NCBI GenBank assembly: GCA_010356995.1
Contig: ML996690.1
Location: 1,396,217 to 1,460,216 of the forward strand
Source: Trichodelitschia bisporula
Lineage: Eukaryota
Direction of reading: 5' to 3'
DNA length: 64,000 bases
Position numbers and translations under genes: made by a program. The notes under the pieces were generated by a model. That model saw only the letters and a program-made list of their open reading frames with translations. It was not told where the DNA came from and did no database searches. How positions within the stretch are numbered: the stretch's first letter is position 1; the number at the start of each line of letters is the position of its first letter. Shown in pieces: positions 1 to 11,671 of the stretch.

Positions 1-2
1 CA

Positions 3-909
3 CACCCCACCGCTCTCACCGCGCACCTCGCAAACCACCCCCGCCCCGCGACGGACATGCAAATGCTCGATCGCGTTGCGCTCGGCGCTATCACTCTCCC
101 GCCTAACACTTACACGCGCATCCTGCTCCTCCCCGACGCCGCGGGCTCGCACACCGAGTCTCTAGCCCTGACCTCGCGCGCCGTGGTCTCCGCCGCGGCA
201 CGCGCACTCGCCGACGGAGGCGTTCTGACTGTACAAGGCGGTGATGTAGGGGGCGCTCTGCGCACGCAGGGTATTCTCGCGGGACTAGTAGCCGAGGGCG
301 GGGAGTTGCGGAAGGTGCGCGCAGAGGAGGAAATCGTCCCACTGCGTTTCGGCCGCAAGAAGGCCGAAGCCGGGGCGGAAGTCAATGGCAACGGCAAGCG
401 CGCTGCTGCGCCCGAGCCCGTGCGCCCCCCCGGCGTCGGGTTCGTGGATTTCGGCGACGATCTGGATGAACTGGTGATGGGGGGCGGGGACGATGAGCTC
501 GTGGATGAGGACGAGCTTATCACGGCGGAGGATATGGCGGGGCCGATTGTGCAGCGTGCGTTTTCCCTGAAAGGTGGTGATGCTGTGCTAACGCAGCCCA
601 GCCCCCGAGTGCCGCCCCAAAGCCGGCAAGCGCCGGCGCGCATGCAAAGACTGCACCTGCGGATTGAAAGAGAAAATCGAAGCGGAGGACGCGGCGAAGC
701 GCGAGGAGGCGGATGCGGCGCTTAACACGCTCACGCTGGGCGCGGATGATCTTGCGGAGGTGGATTTTACGGTGCAGGGCAAGGTGGGCAGTTGTGGGAA
801 TTGTGCGCTTGGGGACGCGTTTCGCTGTGATGGGTGTCCGTATATTGGCCTGCCGGCGTTTAAGCCAGGGGAGGAGGTGCGGTTGATGAATGATGTTGTG
901 CAGCTTTGA
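3..909 (+). CDS. DRE2: Fe-S cluster assembly protein Dre2/anamorsin (5' end outside window; intron 556-601)
   Basis: Frame is open from position 3. Removing GTGCGT..CTAAC..CAG (556-601) joins [23 protein letters not shown] to [29 protein letters not shown], the two anamorsin Cys motifs. Confidence 0.95.
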
Positions 910-1209
910 GGGGGGGTGGGTTTGGGTTTGACATTGGAGGGCATATGGCGTATGGGCGTGAAGGATGGATAAGGGAGTGGGGACTTGTTGCATTCCCATG
1001 CTTGTGTGCATAGATAGCGGAAGGTCGTCGAGACTTTTGTGGATGATGGAGACGCGAAGCTCTGAACCATAGACTAACCACCATGTCTCATGAGTGCTCT
1101 GAAGAACCGGTTTTAGCCAAACCCCAATGCCGAAAAACAAGATCCGTCTATTCGCGTACAGAATACCATAATACAGCGCCGATGCCCAACCAGCCGTCTA
1201 CCGAGCCAG

Positions 1210-2219
1210 CTAAATTGCCGTACCGCGCTCAAAACTGTCCCGAATATCGGCCGTGTACTTGTCGTAAAAGCGCTTGAGCTTCTCATTGAACACTTTGTTC
1301 TACAAACCGTTAGCAGCCGGCCTAGAAATCGGACTCGAAAAAGACCTACCTTCTGGTTGATGTACGTAACATCCTCATTATCATCCTGATCGCGCCTCCT
1401 CTCCCTCATCTTCTTCAACCTCACCTCCTCCGCCTTCTTAATATCCGCCACCAACCGATCAACCGCCTCCTTCTCCGGCTTACTCCCCATCGCATCCGCC
1501 CCCTCCGTCGAATAAAACGACCCATCCCGATCCACAGCCACCATCTCCCCATCAGATAACTCCACAATCTCCAGCCCACCAGACGCCGCAGCCCGCTGAA
1601 TTGCCTCCATCTTCCTCTTCTCATACCCCTCCACATCCGGCTTCAACCCCTTCATCTTCCGCTTATACACCTTCCGCGCATCCTGCGTGTAATCCTGAAA
1701 CGCAACATCCGCTTTATGCCGCGCCTTCTTCTCCACCCGCCGATCCCACCGCTCCGCCTCCTCGACCGTCCAGTCCCATGCCCGCTTGCGCTCAAAATCG
1801 CCTCCTTGGTCTGCGGTCTCTGCTTTGAGCAGTTTGTGCGCTGCGATCGCGTGTTTGCGCCCCAGGCTGGCGAGCGCGTTTGGGTCTGTGGCTGCGCGGG
1901 CGGCTTCTGCGGCGGCTTCTTTGAGATTCGAGGTCCGCGCGGCTTGTTGCCGGGCTTTGAGGGCGGCGAAGCGCGCGGCGCGTTCGCTGGCTTTGGTTGG
2001 GGCGGGCGCGGGCGCGGCGGGGGGCGTGTCGGTGTCTGTGATGGGCGGGCTGGACATTTCGACGTCGGCGGGGGAGATTGGGCCTGTGGATGCGGGGGGT
2101 TGGCTGGAGGGTGGTTGGGTGGCCGGCGGGGAGCGCTCGATGAAGCGGCGCTTAGGGATGGTTTCGTCGGGGGTGGGGATGGGGGAGGAGGGTTTGCGCT
2201 TCTTTTCGGGGGAGGACAT
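1210..2219 (-). CDS. SYF2: Pre-mRNA splicing factor Syf2 (intron 1300-1349)
   Basis: ERKRAWDWTVEEAERWD motif; spliced C-terminus DVTYINQK|NKVFNEKLKRFYDKYTADIRDSFERGTAI*. Confidence 0.92.
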
Positions 2220-2809
2220 GGTGGTTGTTTTCGCGTCTTTCGATGGAAGGGTTGAGATGTTCGGTTTAGGTGCGTTGCTGGGGTTGGCTGGCTGGCTTGA
2301 TAGCGGTTAGTGGTGGGTTGAGCGAGGGATGAATGGGTGATAGAGTGAGGGTGAAGTTGAGGGCGTGTCGTTGTGATGGAAGGCCAAGCGTCGAGTGCTG
2401 GGGTGCAGTGCCAAGCATGGATCTGGTGGCGTCATCTTTGCTGTTTTGAGATGGGGTTGGCAAAAAGGACTGGCCATTTGTACGGAGTACGGTGTGTTAT
2501 CATGCCAGTTGCCATTTGACTTTTGTGATCCGTCTTATCATGACAGGTCTATCAATACAGTTGCTTCTTCTGCAAGCATCCCGATCGACCCATGTACGCA
2601 TCTGCGGAGCATCTCCATTCCTCTGGTACGGTAGGTGGATGCCCCTCGACCTCGATCACAAGACGCTGGCTCTATCACATAATGCAACCCAAGCAGCCTC
2701 GCATACCAAACGATCAGATGAAAGCAACCCATCCCAAGGATCCCAGCGTACTGCTCTAACTCCCACCTCAGAGGAGAATGTACCCAACCCACACATCAGC
2801 TTCCACCCC

Positions 2810-3993
2810 CTACCCGAACACCTTGAAGAACCCCCAAAGCCCAGCCCCGCACAACACCGGAATCGTAAGATTGTCGTCGAGGCCCCACAAATCCACCGCC
2901 TCACTCGCAGCCGCAACAACGCCCGCCCAAACGCTCACAATCCCCAGCGCCAACCCTCCACCCACAGTGCTCTCCTCCCGACTCCACCCCAGCAAGCCAC
3001 GCACCACCTCCGGCAGCGTCAGCTGGCCTTGGAATGCAAACGCTTGCTCGCCAACATCGAACCCGCCCGGCGCACCCCACGTCGGTGCGACCCAGCCCCA
3101 GAACACCGCCGCCGCGCCCATGCCGACCACCATCGCCGCCAGCGTTCCTGCCAGACTCTTGCCCTTGCCTACCCGCGGCGTGTAGCGCCCCCAGAGGCGG
3201 CCAAAGGTGCTGGCTGCGGTGTCGCACCAGGAGAGGAGTAACACGCTGACGACACTGACGTCTTTGGGGCAGAAGCGCAGCACGAGGAAGGCGCCGAGTA
3301 TATACCAGATCACGCCGTTGTAGCGGTCCTTCACTTCGGTCTCGCGCATCAAGGCACCGAGTACGCGAGTGTAGAAGGCGTTGAATGGAGGGTAGTTGAA
3401 GCGTAAGAGGTCGGCAGTGACGACGGGGATGAGAGCGGCCAGGAGGACGGGGTGGATGGAAGACGTCGGCACGCCAGTGGCGTAGAGGTAGGTAGTGAAG
3501 AAGCCAACAGACACATGGAGCGCTTTGCGGGGGACTTCATGTCGGTGTATCTAGCTTCGGTTAGCACTCCGTAACCATCCCAGCATCATGAACCACGTAC
3601 AAAAGAACGAAACTGGGTATGACAGGGTATCAAGCCCAAGGGACTAGGACTCCGACTGATCGCGCGTGCGTTGGGCAACGGCAGCTCCAGATGTCCGCTA
3701 GACGATGCAGTCCCGTTGCTCGCAGCACCGTTCGCGCTCTGCGCCTCCGACGCGCCCTGCACCGCTTTGCGCTCAGCCTTACGCACCTCGAGGGGACTGC
3801 GGCTGCGGGGCCGCGCCCGCGCCTCGCGGTCCGAGCCCGAAGTATCGGTGTCTTCGATGATGCGCGACGCGGTGTACTGTCTGCGGGCGGCGGAGCGGGT
3901 GACGGGAGGGAAGTAGCCGTCGCGCGAGGGCGTGTCCGAGGGAGAGGGCGAGATGACGCGTGGTGTACGCGGGACGGGGGTCGAGGGCGCCAT
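2810..3993 (-). CDS. DGK1: CTP-dependent diacylglycerol kinase (intron 3551-3600)
   Basis: Spliced FRSF|IHRHEVPRKALHVSVGF; LLLSWCDTAASTFGRLWG, GKSLAGT and LDDNLTIPV cytidylyltransferase-family motifs. Start assumed at MAPSTPVPRTPRVISPSP. Confidence 0.9.
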
Positions 3994-4597
3994 GGAGTGC
4001 GACCACTTTGCGCACGAGAAGGGGAGGAGGGCGGGGTGTTGCAGGCCGGTGTGGTGCAGGAGGGATAGCGGACGCGTGGGGTGCTGGCCGTTGGTGTTGC
4101 TGGGGATGTGGGACGGGGGCTGCCTGGGAGGCTGAGCGCGTGCGGCGGGAGGGCCGGATGAGGCGTCGGAGATTAGAGACGTGGTTGTGGGGTTGGAGGC
4201 ATGGTGGGACGGAGGAGGGGAAGGAGAGGTGGCCACAGTTGCGGTTGTGGAGTATGGGGGAGAGAGAGGAGAGAGGGGAGAGAGAGAGAGATGAGAGGAC
4301 GAGAAGGTGTGGTTATGTAGCTGTTGAAGAAGCTGGGGTTGAAAGAGAAGCGTCACATTTGCAAGATGAAGCGAAGAGGAAGAGAGAGAGGTGTGTGTGA
4401 GAGGGCGAGCAAGTGATGCAGCTCGTGACACTATCCTTAAACGGGAAGTCAACCTTGGCATCTTTTGCCTCAGCATCTCCTTGATCCCAGCGCCCCGATT
4501 GGAGAGAAGAGTTGGACGTCACGAGCAAATCTCTGCATCTCGAATATTTCAACAGCAGATCCGTCACATCAACAGAACAAAGCATTGAGTCATCCTA

Positions 4598-6531
4598 ATG
4601 GCTTCAGAAAGGCCAGCCAGCGCTTCGAGAGCGTGGGACGGTCTCAAGCCCGCATTATCAGAATGGACGCTCGATGCCGTATCCAGCATGGGCTTCTCCA
4701 AGATGACCCCCGTGCAGGCGAGCACCATACCGCTGTTCATGGGAAACAAGGACGTGGTGGTGGAGGTAAGGCTTCCTGTAAACAGCTGGTCTGGTGTGCA
4801 TATGCTGATCATGAATAGGCGGTTACTGGAAGTGGAAAAACTCTCGCCTTCCTGATACCCCTGGTTGAAAGACTACTCCGATTAGACGATCCCATCAAGA
4901 AGCATCACGTCGGAGCAATCATCATTTCCCCAACCCGAGAACTAGCAACCCAAATTCACTCCGTCCTCGTCTCTCTCCTCGGCTTCCACGGTCCCTCCGC
5001 CGCAGCGCTGAAAGCCATGTCCACACCTGAGGAAGAAGACGACATGGAGATTGACCTTCCCGCCCCCTTCTTCCCCTCCAAAACCCTAAAGGTAGTCCCA
5101 CAGCTCCTCCTCGGCGGCACGACAACCCCCGCGCAGGACCTAAGCACCTTCCTCAAGCACTCCCCGAACCTCCTCATCGCCACCCCAGGCCGTCTCCTCG
5201 AGCTCCTGACCTCCCCGCACGTGCACTGCCCGCAATCATCTTTCGAAGCCCTGGTCCTAGACGAAGCCGACCGTCTCCTCGACCTCGGCTTCAAAGACGA
5301 GCTCCAAAAAATCCTCTCCCGCCTCCCCAAGCAGCGCCGCACAGGCCTCTTCTCCGCCTCCGTCTCCGAAGCCGTCGACCAACTAATCCGCGTCGGGCTC
5401 CGCAACCCCGTCCGCGTAGCCGTGCGCGTCCGCTCCACCACCGGCGGCGCAGAAAAACGCACACCTAACAGCCTGCAAATGCGCTACCTCCTCACCCCGC
5501 CGGACGCCAAACTCCCCATCCTAGCCTCACTCCTCAAGTCCGTCTCCCCCGCGCCCCAGAAATCAATCCTCTACCTCTCGACCTGCGCCGCCGTCGACTA
5601 CTTCCAGCACATCCTCCCGCTGCTCCTCCCGGGCGTGGCCCTCATCCCGCTGCACGGGAAACACCCCCCCGCCGTGCGGAACAAGAACTTCGCCCGGTTC
5701 GCAAAGTCCGTGGAACCGACCGCGCTGCTTACTACTGATGTCGCGGCCCGCGGGCTCGATATCCCTGCCGTAGATTTGGTAGTCCAAATCGACCCGCCCT
5801 CCGACCCAAAGGCGTTTATCCACCGCTGCGGGCGCGCGGGCCGGGCCGGGAGGCGGGGATTGGCGGTCCTTTTCCTGCAGCCGGGCAGGGAGGAGGACTA
5901 TGTCTCGTTCTTGGCGGTGCGGGATACGCCGGTTAGCCTGCTCGAGGCGCCGGTGGTGCAGGTCGGGGACGCGGAGATGAGTGCCGCGACGGAGACGATT
6001 CGAACCGCTGTCCTTGCGGACCGCGCGCTGCATGACAAGGCGCAGCGCGCGTTTGTGTCCTGGGTCCAGGCGTACCGGAAGCACCAGGCGAGCAGCATAT
6101 TCCGTATCGAGGGGCAGGACTGGGAGGCGCTGGGGCGGGGATGGGGATTGCTTAAGATTCCGCGCATGCCTGAGATTAAGGGGTGGGAGGGAGATAGGGG
6201 ATTGGGGGTTGAGGTGGATTGGGAGAATTATCGGTATAAGGATAAGGCGCGGGAGGCGCATCGGGTGGAAGAGGCGGCGAAGAGGGCGGCGGGCGAGGGA
6301 GTGGTGAGGAAGAGGAAGGAGGATAAGGGGGCGTGGAGTGGGAAGAGGGAGGCGGTGAAGGAGAAGGAGGTTAGGAGGGAGAGGAAGAGGGTGCGGAGGG
6401 AGGAGGAGGCGATGAAGACGATGACGGTGGAGGAGTTGGCGGAGAAGAGGGAGTTGGAGAGGATGATTGAGAGGGTTAGGAGGGAGACGAAGGGGATTGA
6501 GGAGGAGGAGTGGAATGGGTTGGATGATTAG
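4598..6531 (+). CDS. SPB4: DEAD-box rRNA helicase Spb4 (intron 4766-4818)
   Basis: Q motif [50 protein letters not shown], and Spb4-type C-terminal [19 protein letters not shown]. Confidence 0.93.
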
Positions 6532-6796
6532 AGGGATATGTTTATGTTTGAGTAGGATAATCTGGACTTTGGGAATATTCACGATACCCCATCTTCGAAC
6601 ATAATCCGATTCACGTGGCAGCGTGAAGAACCTTGAAAATGTCACCGCCCAGCTTCCAACAATATAGGCTCAAACAAGTGGCATGAAAATTTTGGAGCAC
6701 AGATCTTTAACGTCCTGAGCAGTATACCCAACCTATCCCTCATGCGCTCGCAATATACTCGCAAAAACGCTAGTTACACCTATCCCCATCATTCCT

Positions 6797-7908
6797 TCAA
6801 GCACCCATCTTCCCATGCACCGTCTCATCGCTCCCATGCGGACCCTGGTACCCGCCCGTTTTAGTCAAATGGCGGCTAAGGCCCTCCTCACCCTCCTCAT
6901 GCCTCGCATGTCCTGAAGAAATGACCTTCAAACTATCCCTAATCACAAGCTCATAAAACGACGTCGCAAACAGCGTCGCGGGAATGCTAATCAAAATCGA
7001 AATCCAACTGTAATCCATATAAGTAAACGCCTCCTTGCCAAAGAAAATCGCCGCCACCATGCGCGGCCCCAGGTCACGCGCCATGTTCGTCGAGATGGTG
7101 TTGCCGGCAAAGCCCCAAACCATAGCCGCGTAAGCGAAGCCGATGGTGAAGGGCACGGACACGGGGGAGACGAATGGGTTGGCCGGGTCGAGGCACGACC
7201 AGATGATGAAGCCGAGGAAAGCATCCACCATGAACTCCTGGAAGAACAGGAAGCCCTGGTTCGTCTGCGTGACATTGGGGTAGGAAACCAGGATGCTGGC
7301 CGCGCCGCCGTTGAACACAGCCGTGCCGTGCGCGGCGAGGTTGGCGTCGCGCAGCGCGCTGATCTGCGGCCAGTAGCAGCCCATGAGCACGAGGGCGGCC
7401 ATGAAGGCGCCGAAGACCTGCGACAGGATGTAGTACGGGACTTTCTTCCAGGGGAAGCCCTGCCACACGGCGAGGGAAATGGTCATGGCGGGGTTGAAGT
7501 GGCCGCCGGAGGTGGAGGCGCAGGTGATGATGGCGAAGGAGATGCCGAAGGCGAAGGCGAAGCCTACTTGCAGCAGGTTGCTGAAGAAGGACATGGGGAT
7601 GTGCTCATTGGTACCGTTGACGGTGAATTGGGCTACGGCGGCGATGCCTGGCAGCACGTAGAGGAAGACGCCGGTTGCTTCGGCGATACATTCGCGCAGG
7701 CTGAGGGGGGTTAGCTGGGTGTGGTTATGGCTGTGCTTGGGATGGCTTACAAGCGCGGACGCGCGTGCTCGAAGTCCAGCTTGCGCTGGCTAACCGGTGG
7801 TGCGGGCACGACATGGCGGGTGATGTGCCGTTGGAGGGCGTCGGTGACACCAATCTCCAGCTCCTGGGGCCCGAGGCGGTCGTTGTGGAGGTCGTGCTCT
7901 GCGCCCAT
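6797..7908 (-). CDS. Aquaglyceroporin (MIP family; intron 7701-7750)
   Basis: SGGHFNPAMT in loop B and STNMARDLGPR in loop E, with the glyceroporin RD signature; multiple TM segments. Exon 1 starts MGAEHDLHN. Confidence 0.9.
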
Positions 7909-10371
7909 GGTGTTGAGTGGTGATCAGAGGAGAGGAGGAGTGGTTGATTGAGATGAGGAACGAGAGGCGAGATATCGTGGGGTCGATCGCCTCTTCTATA
8001 CTCGACGTCATTTGGCCGCCTCGCTTGCAGTCTCCACCCTCCACTCGACGGCTGATCCATCTTGCCGCTTGTAGGGTTGGGGTGCTTGCTCCACTGTCAG
8101 CCTGGCATTGCAAATCTTGCCCGGATGTGTAGTCGTCCGGCCGGTGGTATCCACTCGATCCCCACGGTCCACGCCTGTGTTCTCCGCTTCTCCATGGGGA
8201 CCCCATACGCTACCCCACAAACCACCAGGCGATACTGAGACAGTAGGGCCATGGTCCACGATACAGCCTCGGACGTGACATCTTCCAAAACTCTTCCAAA
8301 TCTGCTCTTCCCGCGCATTGCACCCTGGCATCATTCCCCTCCCAGCGCATCATCATCGCAAGCCACCGACACCAAGCTTCGTCAAGAGATCCCGTAACAC
8401 GGCACCGGGGATCCTTCGCCACGCGGCTGGCAGCTCCTGCTCCCCCAAGCCACTAGGTCTTCCCCGCAGCAACCGCCCAGTAAGGACGCGAGTCGCCCAC
8501 CTACCGAGGCCATAAGCCGGACTTAAAAAAAAAAACATGGCAGGGAGCGTCGAAGTCTTCAGTGGATCTCCTAAGCAGATTCGATCTACGCCCCACGGGG
8601 AAGTTCGCACGCCTTAATCGATGGTGGAGTCGGGCGGCGCAGTCTCGATTGCAAGCGGAGTGGGGCAGCGCCGGAGAGCCGCCTCAATCGGGATAGCCGT
8701 TCGCACTCCCGAGCCGAATCGCACTGCCGACACGTTTTCGCGCGTAGCTAACATCCCGATGGGAATAATTCTAGGTGGGCGCATCGGCGTTGCGGATGGC
8801 GTCCTGGGCGTCCTGGGCGGGGTAAAGCCGAGGCGATGCGTTCATGCAGTCGGAGTGCGGGGGGGCGGGCGGCGCTGACGTGCAGCTGCGTGTGCCGCGC
8901 GACGTCAGCATAGGCGCGTGGTTGATGATCGTCGTGAAGCATGCTGCGCATCCCCACGTTCCCCGGGATTTTGTGCCGTATCCTTGAGTCCGGGGCCCCG
9001 GATATGCCTGTGGGGTTGGCTGGTGTTCCGGGTTCGGCCGTAATTGTGGGCCAAGGCGGGATTAGGAGGCTTCCGATTGCTGAGGGTCAGTCCGATGGTG
9101 GGGTACGAGACTGTGGAGACTGGAGACGAGAGTCTGTCAGACGGTCTGAAACTACGTGAATTAGTGAAGCGGTGGCAGGGTGTCTGTGATGATAAGGAGA
9201 TTTTGAGCGGGGCTGCGGCTGGAATTATTCATCGGGCGCGGTAGCTCAAGGAAATTGGAATCCGAGGATGGGCTGAGGGTTGCAGTGATCTTTAAGGATG
9301 AAGCTCTTTTGCTGTTGTTTACTGAACACTCACAAATCCAAGGCTATCACTAATCAGCAGGTAAGTAGATGGTGAAGAATCAGGTTCTCTCCGTGCTGGA
9401 TACCCTGACATTGTTGACGGTCGGAAGCGCAAAGCGCTGCTCGTTTTCCACTTCAAGCTGCTCATCAGGAACATTGCAGCTGTCGGTAATCAAGATCCGA
9501 GATTGCACATCGATCATAGATCTTGTGTCTCCACTGTACCCACATGGTATATCGATCCAAGAGCGTCAGCATGCCGGAGACTCCTCCGTCGGCTGATGGC
9601 AAGGCAAATGTTGGAAGGGAAGATTGAGTCGAGGAAGCGACACGCCTGATGTCAAATGCGCATCTGTGCTGCCCATCGCTGCACAGCGGTTGACTTTCAT
9701 GAGCTACTTACTTTTGATTTTCTCATCAGCTTCATGCCTCTGCCTGTGCCGAAAGATGCTACGTGATACAGCTCCTTATGTGAGAGCGATGTTCCTGGCG
9801 GAAAATACAGCAGAGATGCAGGAGAAATCCCATTGTGCCTGCGCTCCGACCTGGATGGCGACATGGGTGCTTTTGATATATGCCCAATATCTCTCTACTT
9901 GCTCCGCCTAGGCGAGTTTTAGACATCGAAGAGTGGTGACAGTAACATGTACGTCTAGCTGAAGATGAAGAAAGAGCCGAAGGGGCCCAGAGTTATCAAC
10001 TTTGTCAGCCACTTCATCGGCCACGTGACCTCCAGCAGTGGCTCAAACTCGTGGCTTTACCGAATGCGGCTCAACTCCAAGCCCCGACAACGACGTCTTT
10101 TGTTCGTGTCGGCGAGTTTACATCCATCCGCTACCGGCTGCATCTCAACTACCAGTCATTACCACTGAATGAAGCAGATCTAAGATCTGTGCACGTACCT
10201 CTACCTAAGCCTCTCCGTGCAAACCACTCCGCCGCCTTCAGCCGTCAACTACCTGTCACTGCAGCCACTGCCATCTAAACGCCATCGGTCGCGGCGCCGT
10301 GCCGCCGTCCTCTCCTCGTTAGCAACGCACACCGTCGCACGTCGCGGTCTATCACATCTTCACAAGCCACA

Positions 10372-11178
10372 ATGCCAGCTCCTTCGCGCCCGACCTCGAC
10401 CGTGTCCTCCCCGGCGCCCTCCAACGCCTCGGGCCCCAATGGTGTCAAGCGTAAGCGCGGCGTTCCTAGTGTGACACCGGCCATGGCTCTGCAGCAGCAA
10501 GCTCAAGATCAGGTCAAAGGCAAGGAGTACCTCACGCAGACGACATTTGCGGCAAGCTATCTGAAAGAGAAGGGCAAGCCGATGACGTTCGAGGATGTCG
10601 TCAACTACCTGTCGCTGCAGAAGACGAGCAAGGAGCATCTGGTATCGTTCCGGTTGATTCTCGAGCAATTTGTGTCTAAAATCACTTACGATCCCAATGG
10701 CTTTGGCGGGAAGGGATCGTTTGCGTACAAGGCCACCCTCCCAATCGCCAACAAGGAGCAGCTGAAGGCGGCGCTTCAAGGTCAATGGCACTACACTGGG
10801 CTCCGCGTGGAGGATCTCAAGGACGGCTTTCCGGCATGTGGTCCCGTCATCGATGAGATGGAGGCGGCAGGAGAACTCATAGTCTCACGGTCGAAAAACG
10901 GTCTACCCCGCACTATCTGGAAGAACGACCCGACGCTGATTCACCCTGTGGCTCCTGATATCAAGGCCATGTGGCACGCTGTTACTCTTCCCGCTAATCC
11001 TGGCGACCTGCACGATGCCCTCGAGAAAGCCGGTCTTAAGCCCACGACTGCACCTAGAGCGCCGATGAAGCCGGCCCCGGCCAAGGAGAAGAAGCGCCGT
11101 CAGCCACGCAGCAGCGGCCGTCTTACGAACACGCATATGTCGCACATTCTGAAGGACTACTCCTTCAAGCGCAAGTGA
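10372..11178 (+). CDS. TFA2: Transcription initiation factor TFIIE beta subunit
   Basis: GLRVEDLKDGF motif and C-terminal RLTNTHMSHILKDYS typical of Tfa2; intronless 268 aa. Confidence 0.9.
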   Translation: MPAPSRPTSTVSSPAPSNASGPNGVKRKRGVPSVTPAMALQQQAQDQVKGKEYLTQTTFAASYLKEKGKPMTFEDVVNYLSLQKTSKEHLVSFRLILEQFVSKITYDPNGFGGKGSFAYKATLPIANKEQLKAALQGQWHYTGLRVEDLKDGFPACGPVIDEMEAAGELIVSRSKNGLPRTIWKNDPTLIHPVAPDIKAMWHAVTLPANPGDLHDALEKAGLKPTTAPRAPMKPAPAKEKKRRQPRSSGRLTNTHMSHILKDYSFKRK

Positions 11179-11671
11179 ACGGGCCGTCGGCGGTGCAATT
11201 ACATGGGGCGAGAGGCAGAGTCGCGAGTATGGTGGTTCTTTTCAGCCGCATCACCTTGCTCTCTTGTGCCTTGTTAATCTCTGTTCGAGCCTTTTCGGGC
11301 GTGGGTCTTCGGGATATGGGCTGGGCGGGTGTCACGGGAAACTGTCCATTTGGGGTGTTCGGTGCATAGCGGGTAGGGATGGGTTGAGATTTCCGTGTAC
11401 ACTACCACAACTAGATAGAAGGCTTAGGACAGGACATCGAAATCTGACATTGTCATCAGTGGCTAATGACAACATGAATTGCGTAGCCATGTGAAGCAAC
11501 TGAAGCAATAAAGTTCGCCTGCGGCCACATGGGCCCGGAGATCCGATAAGATTAGATGACCAGCCCGCCAAGACTAATCCTTGCACAGCTTTTTCTCCAA
11601 CCTCTTTCCCCATCTTCCTCCCCTCTAAGCTCAACAGCCTTCCCCAATCACTACGCCGCCAATCGCCCACC

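Noticed and set aside
3994..4476. 161-codon in-frame N-terminal extension of DGK1
   Set aside because: It runs through a CT-rich low-complexity leader that lacks stops by composition and starts only about 120 nt from the SPB4 ATG; probably 5' UTR.
5563..6645. Long antisense ORFs (also 12241-13137, 48833-49729, 25057-25920)
   Set aside because: Shadow frames of GC-rich, codon-biased genes; no recognisable domains.
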